Positions 55,385 to 63,255 of a stretch of DNA of 64,000 bases are shown one piece after another; the stretch's first letter is position 1; every line of letters starts with the position of its first letter. The notes beneath the pieces were generated by a model that was not told the origin of the DNA, did no database searches, and worked only from the letters and a program-made list of their open reading frames with translations. Source of the DNA: Candidatus Binatota bacterium (GTDB taxonomy: Bacteria; Desulfobacterota; Binatia; UBA1149; CAITLU01); contig JAJRWY010000065.1 in NCBI GenBank assembly GCA_024276575.1, positions 15 to 64,014 of the forward strand, given 5' to 3'. The translations under genes were made by a program, and so were the position numbers.

Positions 55385-57572
55385 AGTCGCCCTCATGGGA
55401 TTGGACGACGCGTCCCTGCTCGCCGTGGAATCAGCGCTCGGTGGTGAGGAATTGTTTTCCACCGGCCTCGGCGGACCAGGCCTGCAAGCCGATCTCTACA
55501 TAGTTGATCCGGCCGCGATGTCCGGCGGTGTTGCCGGCAGTGCCGAGGCTATCGAGAGCCGTTGCCCAGGCGCGGCCTTGTTGTTCTTGCTCGAGGCCGG
55601 AGTCGAGCTTCCCGACTTTCTCTACGATCGTGGCTATACGGCGGTTCTGCGCAAACCCTTCGAGCTGTTCGCGCTCGAGCATAAGGTCAGAGCGCTGTTG
55701 TCGGCGCGGCAAAGCGGTGCTGTGAGGCTTGTCCCGGCAGCCCGCGCTTCCTTGGATCCGCAAGCCCCGGTGCAAGCTCAGCAGCAGTTAGCGGAAGCGA
55801 GCACCGGTCCCAGCGGGCCGGCGCCCGGGCTTCCGTCCTTAGCGGCCACTGTGGAGTTCGCAGCGCAGGGCCGCTCCCCGGCCTTGCGGGCTACTCGGGA
55901 GTTTGCGGTGCAGGGTTCACCCTCGTCGCAGTTGCCCGGTGAGTGGCTGCGTTACCCGCTCATTCCTTTGGCGGCTGAGAAGACAGCCCGGGTAGCCCTT
56001 CGGTCGCCGGCTCCCGTGTGGATAAGCGGCGAATGCGGATGTGGCCGCCGCAGTGTGGCCGAGTCCTTGATGCTGCTGGCCTCGGATTCGTCAGAGCGCC
56101 TGCGCTGGCGGCGGGGGGAGAGTTTCGCCGCAGTCCGGGAGCGGCTTGCTTCGGCGGCGACGCGTCCGGGCGCGCTACTGCTCGTGGAAGAAATCGAGAC
56201 ACGCCCCGCCGGCGAACAGGATCAACTATCAGGCTTGCTGGCAAGTGTTCAAGCGGGTGCGAAAGCCGTGCGGGTAATCGTGACTTCGCAAGGGGATGCC
56301 CGGGCGCATGCTGCCGCCGGGCGCCTATCGTCGCGGCTTTTTCATGCACTGAGCGGACTCGAAATCGAGCTGCCGCCGTTGCGGCAGCGTCGCGATGCAA
56401 TTATCGACCTGGCGGAGAGTGTGAGCGCCGCCGTTTGCCAGGGTCTCGGGACCGCAACGCCGGCTTTTGATCCCGGCGCCCTCGACAAGCTCGCTACTTA
56501 TGCTTGGCCGGGTAATCTGAGTGAGTTTCGTGCCGTATTGACGCGTAGCTTGGCTGCCTGGGTGGCGGGCGGCGATACGCGGGCAGGGATCATTCACGCG
56601 AGCGATTTGCTCTTTGCTCCGCGTCCTAGGATGCAAGCCGCAGTAGCGGAAGAGGTGGCGGCCCCGGTCGCCGCGAGCGAAACGAATCGTGCCGACGACC
56701 TTGGGCGCCGACCGGGCGGCGTGCCGGGAGCCACGGTCATGGCCGGGAGCCGTGATGCGCAGGGACAGGATCGAGGCCGGGAGCTTGAAACCAAAACAGG
56801 CGATGTCGGCGAGGTTCCCGCGGCTTTTGCTACCCCCGGGCAGCGAAGCGCAAGCCCGGGGGTAGCCCTCTCATCCGAGGCTCGCCGAAACGATAGCACC
56901 CCCGGCCAGGCCCCGGCTTCGGCGGCGCTTCTGGAAAGAGTGCTCACCCGGCTGGCCCACGACTTTCGCAACCCCATTCAGACCTTGTCCACGTTTGCAG
57001 AACTTTCGGCTACGGATTCCGGTGAAGGTGAATCCGGTTTGGCCGGCTTGGCCAGGGACTCGTCCTTGGTGCTCAGCCGCCATCTGGATCTCCTGGACGG
57101 CTATGCGCGTCTTGCCGATCCACGTCCGAAGGCGGTCTCGCTGGGCGATCTGCTGGCGGCTGCCGTTGATGGACGCGGCCCGGGGCCGGGGCGCGGGGTG
57201 GAGATCCGTATAGACGGCGGCCTGGATGTGGAGTCCGACCCCGAACACCTGCGCCTGCTGGTAGAACTCCTGGTCGACGAGGTCGAGGCGGAAGCGGTTA
57301 CCGGCAGCGTGGTGCAAGTGGAGCTTTGTCCAGCCGAGGCTCGCGCCGAGATACGCATTCCCTGTGCCGAGTCCCCCCTGAGTTCGCTCGACAGCTTGGT
57401 GGCCGGCAGCGGCGCTGTCGGGGCGGGTGAAGAGCATGGATCCTGGCGTCTGTTGCTCGCCCAGTCCTTGCTCGAACGCAATTGCGCGTCGCTGGGCGCT
57501 AGCCGCGACGGCCAGCACTTGATTCTCGAACTGAAGTTCCAAGCATTCAGGAAGGAGGCCCTCCATGGCTAG
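55371..57572 (+). CDS. hybrid protein: REC-like domain, degenerate sigma54-type AAA+ core, HisKA H-box, degenerate HATPase-like tail
   Basis: - REC-like: DLYIVD, LRKPF.
- EBP-like core: Walker A GECGCGRRS (Lys to Arg), Walker B LLLVEEIE (Asp to Glu), no GAFTGA region. ELPPLRQRRDAI and YAWPGNLSEF are retained.
- C-terminus: H-box LAHDFRNPIQ, then a tail without N/G1/G2 boxes. No HTH.
- It overlaps the kinase gene by 14 nt and the NtrC-type gene by 8 nt. Confidence 0.7.
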   Translation: MPVARVALMGLDDASLLAVESALGGEELFSTGLGGPGLQADLYIVDPAAMSGGVAGSAEAIESRCPGAALLFLLEAGVELPDFLYDRGYTAVLRKPFELFALEHKVRALLSARQSGAVRLVPAARASLDPQAPVQAQQQLAEASTGPSGPAPGLPSLAATVEFAAQGRSPALRATREFAVQGSPSSQLPGEWLRYPLIPLAAEKTARVALRSPAPVWISGECGCGRRSVAESLMLLASDSSERLRWRRGESFAAVRERLASAATRPGALLLVEEIETRPAGEQDQLSGLLASVQAGAKAVRVIVTSQGDARAHAAAGRLSSRLFHALSGLEIELPPLRQRRDAIIDLAESVSAAVCQGLGTATPAFDPGALDKLATYAWPGNLSEFRAVLTRSLAAWVAGGDTRAGIIHASDLLFAPRPRMQAAVAEEVAAPVAASETNRADDLGRRPGGVPGATVMAGSRDAQGQDRGRELETKTGDVGEVPAAFATPGQRSASPGVALSSEARRNDSTPGQAPASAALLERVLTRLAHDFRNPIQTLSTFAELSATDSGEGESGLAGLARDSSLVLSRHLDLLDGYARLADPRPKAVSLGDLLAAAVDGRGPGPGRGVEIRIDGGLDVESDPEHLRLLVELLVDEVEAEAVTGSVVQVELCPAEARAEIRIPCAESPLSSLDSLVAGSGAVGAGEEHGSWRLLLAQSLLERNCASLGASRDGQHLILELKFQAFRKEALHG

Positions 57573-58992
57573 CAAGCCCGTGGTTCTCATAGTCGACGAC
57601 GAACCGGGAGTCCGCGAATCTATTCGCATGGTGCTCAAGGATTCTCATGAGACCGCTACTGCCGATTGCGGCGAAGCGGCGCTCGAGTGGTTGGCCGAAA
57701 ACAAATGCGACCTAGTCCTGCTCGATATTCTAATGCCGGGTATCGACGGGCTCGAAGTGCTCGAACGGATTCGCGACCGGCATCGCTTCCTTGCGGTGGT
57801 GATGCTTACCGCGACAAAAACCGTGAAGACCGCGGTGGCGGCGATGAAGCTCGGGGCCTTCGACTACATCACCAAGCCCTTCGACGTCGAGGAGCTGCGG
57901 CTTGCCGCTCAGCGTGCGGCCGACAACGCACGACTACGCCGTGAGGTGGAGGATCTGCGTGAAGCAGTCGGCCAGCGCTACAGTCTCGATAACATAATCG
58001 GTGAGTCGGCGGCCATGCAGACTGTATTCAAGACCGTGATGGCGGTGGCCAAATCGAAGAGCAGCGTGCTGGTTACCGGGGAATCGGGCACCGGCAAGGA
58101 ACTGATCGCAAGGGCCATTCACTTCCATAGCCCACGCGCTCGCGGCCCCTTGGTGACACTGAATTGCGCTGCCTTGCCCGAAAACTTGTTGGAGAGCGAG
58201 TTGTTCGGCCATGAGCGCGGTTCGTTCACTGATGCGATAGAGAAGAAAATAGGCCAGTTCGAGCTTGCCCACGGCGGCACCATTTTTCTGGACGAGATTG
58301 CAGAGATGAGCCCGGGTTTGCAGGCCAAGCTCTTGCGCATCCTCGAAGAAGGGGAACTCATGCGCGTAGGCGCGGTCCGCCCGGTACGCGTCGACGTACG
58401 GGTAGTGGCGGCGACCAACCGCAACCTGCACGAAGCCATTGACCAAGGCCGTTTTCGTCGCGACTTGTACTACCGGCTGAACGTCGTGACCGTAGAGTTG
58501 CCGTCGCTCAGCGCGCGCAAAGAAGACATTACCCACTTGATCCGGCATTTCCTGAAGCTCAAGACCCAGAAGTTGGAGATCGAACCGAAAAAGCTGGCCC
58601 AGGAAACCATCGACCAGCTTCTGAGCTACTCCTGGCCCGGTAACGTACGCGAACTCGAGAATGTAATCGAAAGGCTCCTAGTGCTGAGCCCTGATGGAGA
58701 GCCGGTCGGTCCGGAAGCCCTGCCCAGTGATTTTTCGAGGCCGCGTTCTTCCGGGACGGCGGTGCGCGATGAAGTGCTGGCCGGACGGATGTCGATCGGC
58801 GATGCCGTCGACGAGTTCGAGCGTGATTTGATCGCCGAAGCGCTGAGCCAAACCTTCCACAACCAAACGCGGGCTGCAGAGTTGCTCGGAACGACACGCC
58901 GCATTCTGAAATACCGTATCGACAAACTCGGTATCTCCAGTCCCCAGGACAGCGGCTCGGGAACTCAAGCCGTGGGCGCCGAAGGGCTTTGA
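57565..58992 (+). CDS. sigma54-dependent response regulator (NtrC family enhancer-binding protein)
   Basis: REC domain (LLDILMPG, KPF), AAA+ core (GESGTGKE, IFLDEI, GAFTGA variant GSFTDA, WPGNVRELEN) and Fis-type HTH NQTRAAELLGTTRRILKYRI. Strong RBS GGAAGGAGG. Confidence 0.93.
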   Translation: MASKPVVLIVDDEPGVRESIRMVLKDSHETATADCGEAALEWLAENKCDLVLLDILMPGIDGLEVLERIRDRHRFLAVVMLTATKTVKTAVAAMKLGAFDYITKPFDVEELRLAAQRAADNARLRREVEDLREAVGQRYSLDNIIGESAAMQTVFKTVMAVAKSKSSVLVTGESGTGKELIARAIHFHSPRARGPLVTLNCAALPENLLESELFGHERGSFTDAIEKKIGQFELAHGGTIFLDEIAEMSPGLQAKLLRILEEGELMRVGAVRPVRVDVRVVAATNRNLHEAIDQGRFRRDLYYRLNVVTVELPSLSARKEDITHLIRHFLKLKTQKLEIEPKKLAQETIDQLLSYSWPGNVRELENVIERLLVLSPDGEPVGPEALPSDFSRPRSSGTAVRDEVLAGRMSIGDAVDEFERDLIAEALSQTFHNQTRAAELLGTTRRILKYRIDKLGISSPQDSGSGTQAVGAEGL

Positions 58993-59044
58993 CAAGCAGC
59001 TGGCGCTGCCGTACCCATACGATTGTGGCCAAGGTAGCAACACT

Positions 59045-59060
59045 TGGGGCTTGCTTTGCG
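59045..59060 (+). promoter_or_regulatory. candidate sigma54 (-24/-12) promoter TGGGGC-N5-TTTGCG upstream of cofG
   Basis: The GG (59046-47) and GC (59058-59) dinucleotides have the canonical spacing, and TTGC is present. The site is ~40 nt upstream of the cofG ATG and 53 nt downstream of the NtrC-type gene. The match is weak outside the invariant dinucleotides. Confidence 0.3.
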
Positions 59061-59097
59061 TCCGGGCGCCCGCCCGCCGCCAGGAATTCGTACGCCG

Positions 59098-60264
59098 ATG
59101 CTGAATCCCGCCGATAGCGCTCTTGCCGCAGCGCGCGCCGGCCGCCGCCTCGACGACGAGCAGGCCTACGCTTTGATCCAACTGCCCGGCTCGGAACTCG
59201 AGGCGCTTTGCGCGGTCGCTGCCGAGTTGCGTAACCGGGCCCATCCGGCCACGCTCAGCTATTCCCCGAAGGTCTTCTTGCCCGTAACCAACCTGTGTCG
59301 CGACCGCTGCTCGTACTGCACCTTCCGCCGCGACCCCGGGGATGAGGGCGAATGGACGATGAGCCTCGAGGAGATTTCCGATTGCTGCCGGCGTGGCTAT
59401 GAACTCGGATGTATCGAGGCCTTGTTGTGCCTGGGAGACAAGCCCGAGATTGCGTTCCGCGGTTTTGCGGAGAAATTGGCCGCGGCCGGCGTGCGAACTA
59501 CGGTTGAGTATGTTGCGGCGGCTTGCCGGGTAGCCCTGCGCGAGTATCTCCTGCCCCATACCAACGCCGGAGTGATGTCCAGGGACGAGATGAAACTCCT
59601 GCGGCCTCTCAATGTGAGTATGGGGTTGATGCTCGAGAATATCAGCCCGCGCTTGCGCGACCGTGGCATGCCACACCACTATGCGCCGGACAAGGATCCG
59701 GCCAAGCGCCTGCAAATGATCGCTGAAGCCGGGGAACTCAGGATTCCCTTTACGACCGGAATCCTGATCGGTATCGGTGAGAACGAAGCCGAGCGGGTTG
59801 CGAGTCTGTTGGCCATCCGGCGCTTGCATGAGCGCTACGGCCACATCCAAGAAGTGATCGTACAGAACTTTTGCGCCAAGCCGGGCACCGGGATGGCGGA
59901 GTTCGAGGATCCGGGCGAAGACGAAATGATTCGCACCGTGGCCCTTGCCCGTTTGATACTCGGCGCGTCGATGAACCTGCAAGCGCCGCCCAACCTCAAT
60001 CCGGGCGCGCAGCGGCGCCTGATCGAGGCCGGCATCAACGACTGGGGCGGGATATCTCCTTTGACCATAGACTATGTGAACCCCGAGGCGGCCTGGCCGG
60101 CGATCGAGGCGCTTCGTGGCGTGTGTGAAAGGAGCGGCTTTGGCTTGGAGCCCCGGCTACCGGTATATCCCGAGTTCCGGAACCAGGAGTTTCTCGATCC
60201 GGCCATGCTGGCAGTGATGGAACGATACAGCGACGGTGAATACAGTCGCGGAGCGGTTGCCTGA
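59098..60264 (+). CDS. cofG: FO (7,8-didemethyl-8-hydroxy-5-deazariboflavin) synthase subunit CofG
   Basis: Radical SAM LPVTNLCRDRCSYCTF and the typical YSPKVFLP lead-in. I prefer ATG 59098 over the track TTG 59044. Confidence 0.88.
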   Translation: MLNPADSALAAARAGRRLDDEQAYALIQLPGSELEALCAVAAELRNRAHPATLSYSPKVFLPVTNLCRDRCSYCTFRRDPGDEGEWTMSLEEISDCCRRGYELGCIEALLCLGDKPEIAFRGFAEKLAAAGVRTTVEYVAAACRVALREYLLPHTNAGVMSRDEMKLLRPLNVSMGLMLENISPRLRDRGMPHHYAPDKDPAKRLQMIAEAGELRIPFTTGILIGIGENEAERVASLLAIRRLHERYGHIQEVIVQNFCAKPGTGMAEFEDPGEDEMIRTVALARLILGASMNLQAPPNLNPGAQRRLIEAGINDWGGISPLTIDYVNPEAAWPAIEALRGVCERSGFGLEPRLPVYPEFRNQEFLDPAMLAVMERYSDGEYSRGAVA

Positions 60265-61481
60265 TGAGCTACGAAACCGAAGCCAACCCCGACCGGGTAG
60301 ATTTTTTGATCGAAGACCGGCGTTCTCTTGAACAGCGGCTGGCCGCGGCGGATCCCTACACCCGCGGCATACTCGAACGCGCACTCGGTGGGCGCCGTCC
60401 CACGGTGGATGAGGGCGCCCATCTGTTCGCGTTACGCGGCGACGGCCTGTCGGCACTAGTGGCCACCGCCGATAGGATCCGTGCGGACGATGTCGGCGAT
60501 GTCGTAACTTATGTCGTCAACCGCAACGTCAACTGGACCAACATTTGTTTCGTAGGCTGCAAGTTCTGCGCTTTCGCCAGACTCAAAGGCCAGGACGACG
60601 CATACGACAGTCCCATCGAGTCAGTGCTCGAACGCATACAGGAAGGTATCGATCGTGGAGCGACCGAAGTGTGTATGCAAGGCGGCATCAATCCGGAGAT
60701 GAGCGACCGCGGCTATTTCGAGTTGCTGCGCGCCGTGAGGGCGGCCTTCCCTGCACTGCACATCCACGCCTATTCCCCCATGGAAGTGTTCTACGGCGCG
60801 CGCCGCGCCGCTATGGACTACCCGGAGTACATCGAGGAATTGGTAGCGGCCGGGCTCGATACCATGCCGGGAACAGCGGCCGAGATTCTCGATGACGAAG
60901 TGCGCGAGGTGCTTTCGCACAAGAAACTCGATACCGCCACTTGGGTTCGTATCATCAAGGCGGCTCACGCCGCGGGCGTCGCTACGAGTTCCACGCTGAT
61001 GTACGGACACATAGAGACGCCCCGCCACATAGCCGCGCACTTGCAACTGCTGGGCCGCATACAGGAAGAAAGCGGCGGCTTCACAGAGTTCGTTCCCCTT
61101 CGCTTCATCTGGCAGGAGACCAAGCTGCACGCGGAGGGCCTGGTCGGCGAAGTGCCGCAAGGACAGTTCGATCTTGCCGTTTACGCGGGCAGCCGGCTGA
61201 TGTTGCGCGGTTTGATCGACAACATACAGACCTCTTGGGTCAAGCTGGGACACGACCTGGCCTCCTTGTCGCTCGCTGCCGGTTGCAACGACATGGGCGG
61301 CACTTTGATGGAGGAAAGTATCTCCCGCGAAGCCGGTGCCGACTCCGGCGAGTACACCTCGGCCGAGGAACTCGAAACGATGATACGCTCGATGGGACGC
61401 GTGCCGCGCCAACGTAACACCGTCTACGATTTGATCGACGATCCGAATGGAGGATTCGAAGCCCATGCAGTCAGACCCTAG
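60264..61481 (+). CDS. cofH: FO synthase subunit CofH
   Basis: VTYVVNRNVNWTNICFVGCKFCAF radical SAM motif. The ATG shares its A with the cofG TGA (TGATG). Confidence 0.88.
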   Translation: MSYETEANPDRVDFLIEDRRSLEQRLAAADPYTRGILERALGGRRPTVDEGAHLFALRGDGLSALVATADRIRADDVGDVVTYVVNRNVNWTNICFVGCKFCAFARLKGQDDAYDSPIESVLERIQEGIDRGATEVCMQGGINPEMSDRGYFELLRAVRAAFPALHIHAYSPMEVFYGARRAAMDYPEYIEELVAAGLDTMPGTAAEILDDEVREVLSHKKLDTATWVRIIKAAHAAGVATSSTLMYGHIETPRHIAAHLQLLGRIQEESGGFTEFVPLRFIWQETKLHAEGLVGEVPQGQFDLAVYAGSRLMLRGLIDNIQTSWVKLGHDLASLSLAAGCNDMGGTLMEESISREAGADSGEYTSAEELETMIRSMGRVPRQRNTVYDLIDDPNGGFEAHAVRP

Positions 61482-62430
61482 GGTTACGCTGCTGGCGGGT
61501 GGAGTGGGGGCAGCTAGGCTGCTGCGAGGTCTGGCGAGGGTCGTAGATCCCGAGAAACTATGCGTTGTCGTCAACACCGGGGACGACGAAGAGTTCTACG
61601 GCCTCCATGTATCGCCCGATCTCGATACCATTGTCTACACGCTGGCGGGCCTCGCCCCTTTGCAGCGCGGTTGGGGCATACAGGGCGACACCATGTACTG
61701 CCGCGACGGCCTCGAAACATTCTACGGCTCTTCGTGGTTTGCCATCGGCGACCGTGACCTTGCTACCCATGTCTTTCGCAGCGACCGTTTGCGAAGTGGC
61801 GCGAGACTCAGCGCGGTAACAGCCGAGATATGCTCGGCCCTTTCGCTGCGTTGCCGGGTGCTGCCCATGAGCGACGATCCGGTGCGCACCTTCGTGAAGA
61901 CCGCCGGCGGTGAACTGCCTTTTCAGGACTACCTAGTTCGCCGCAAAGCTAGGCCGCGCGTGCTTGGCCTGAGTTTTCGCGGTGCTCGCAAGGCTGCACC
62001 TTCCCCCGCAGCATTGGACGCCATCGAGCAGTCCGAGTTGGTGCTGATTGCCCCGAGCAATCCCTTCGTGAGTATTGCCCCGATGCTGGCCATCCCGGGC
62101 TTTCGCCGGGTGTTGAAGGCCTGCCGCTCCAAAGTGGTTGCGGTCAGTCCCCTGATCGCCGGACGCGCCGTGAAGGGGCCTCTGGCTTCGATGATGAAGA
62201 GCCTCGGGGAAGCGCCGGGGGTTCGCGGCATAGCGGCCTTCTACCGCGGTCTTGCGGGCCGGCTGCTGGTGGCACCGGGCGATTTACCCAAGCGGGGTTT
62301 GGACCCTGGCTGGCCGCGTATGATCGAGCACGACATTCTCATCTCGCGGCCGGAATCGAGTGAGCGCTTGGCTAGATTCCTGCTCGGTTTCGCGCAGCAG
62401 CGCGGGCGGCGAAGAGGACCGTGCGGGTGA
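61465..62430 (+). CDS. cofD: 2-phospho-L-lactate transferase CofD
   Basis: LLAGGVGAARLLRGL N-terminal motif. ATG 61465 has GGAGGA 10 nt upstream. The alternative start is ATG 61447. Confidence 0.88.
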   Translation: MQSDPRVTLLAGGVGAARLLRGLARVVDPEKLCVVVNTGDDEEFYGLHVSPDLDTIVYTLAGLAPLQRGWGIQGDTMYCRDGLETFYGSSWFAIGDRDLATHVFRSDRLRSGARLSAVTAEICSALSLRCRVLPMSDDPVRTFVKTAGGELPFQDYLVRRKARPRVLGLSFRGARKAAPSPAALDAIEQSELVLIAPSNPFVSIAPMLAIPGFRRVLKACRSKVVAVSPLIAGRAVKGPLASMMKSLGEAPGVRGIAAFYRGLAGRLLVAPGDLPKRGLDPGWPRMIEHDILISRPESSERLARFLLGFAQQRGRRRGPCG

Positions 62431-63203
62431 ACGGTGGCGCTGCTGTAGAGCCGGAGTTGCAAATACTGCCGGTCGCCGGCCTCGGTGAAGTCCACCCCGG
62501 AGATGATCTATCGCAAATGCTGGGCGATGCGATTGCCGGCAGCCCTTCGGGCTTGCTCGACGGAGACGTGCTGGTGCTGTGCCAGAAGGTTGTGTCCAAG
62601 GCCGAAGGACGCGTGGTCGAATTAAGCGAGGTTGAAGTCTCGGATGAAGCGGCCGCATTTGCCTCCCGCTTCGATAAGGATGCGGCGCTGGTCGAGTTGG
62701 CGATGCGAGAAGCCGTCGAGATACTACGAATGCAAGACGGGCACCTTATTACGGCGACCGCCAAGGGATTCGTAGCAGCCAACTCCGGGATCGACCGTAG
62801 CAATCAGGCAGAAGCCGGCCAGGTGACGCTGCTGCCGCTGGACTCCGACGCCTCGGCCCGGGCCTTGCGCGAGCGCCTGCAGAGCCGTTTCAAAGTCGAG
62901 TGCGCGCTGTTGATCTCCGATACTTTCGGCCGTCCCTGGCGCATGGGCCAGGTCGACGTAGCCATCGGCGCGGCTGGGCTCGAAGTACTGGACGATTTCC
63001 AGGGGCGCGAGGATTGGAAAGGACGGCCGCTGGAGCACACGCTGATCGCGGTAGCCGACCAACTTTGCGCCGCCGCCGGCCTGCTCATGGGCAAAGCCGC
63101 CGGAGTTCCGGCCGTGCTCATCCGCGGTTTTGCCTACCAGCGATCCGCCGGCTCCGATGCTTCGCAACTGCTACGGCCACGTGAAAACGACCTCTTCCGT
63201 TGA
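62421..63203 (+). CDS. cofE: coenzyme F420:L-glutamate ligase CofE
   Basis: LPVAGLGEVHPGDDL, GDVLVLCQKVVSKAEGR and NSGIDRSN. The likeliest start is GTG 62427, forming a GTGA overlap with the cofD stop. The track start is GTG 62421. Confidence 0.88.
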   Translation: MRVNGGAAVEPELQILPVAGLGEVHPGDDLSQMLGDAIAGSPSGLLDGDVLVLCQKVVSKAEGRVVELSEVEVSDEAAAFASRFDKDAALVELAMREAVEILRMQDGHLITATAKGFVAANSGIDRSNQAEAGQVTLLPLDSDASARALRERLQSRFKVECALLISDTFGRPWRMGQVDVAIGAAGLEVLDDFQGREDWKGRPLEHTLIAVADQLCAAAGLLMGKAAGVPAVLIRGFAYQRSAGSDASQLLRPRENDLFR

Positions 63204-63255
63204 GCGCCCCTTCCCTTGAGCGACTGTGGCGACGAGGTTTCATGAATACTTCCGC

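Noticed and set aside
56017-56025. Perfect DnaA box TGTGGATAA
   Set aside because: It is a single isolated 9-mer inside the hybrid signalling gene. About one chance occurrence is expected in a window of this size.
58678-59982. 434-aa - strand ORF spanning the EBP 3' end and cofG, and a 318-aa - strand ORF at 60621-61577 inside cofH
   Set aside because: They are antisense to genes with clear radical-SAM and EBP motifs. They cross a gene boundary and have no recognisable domain.
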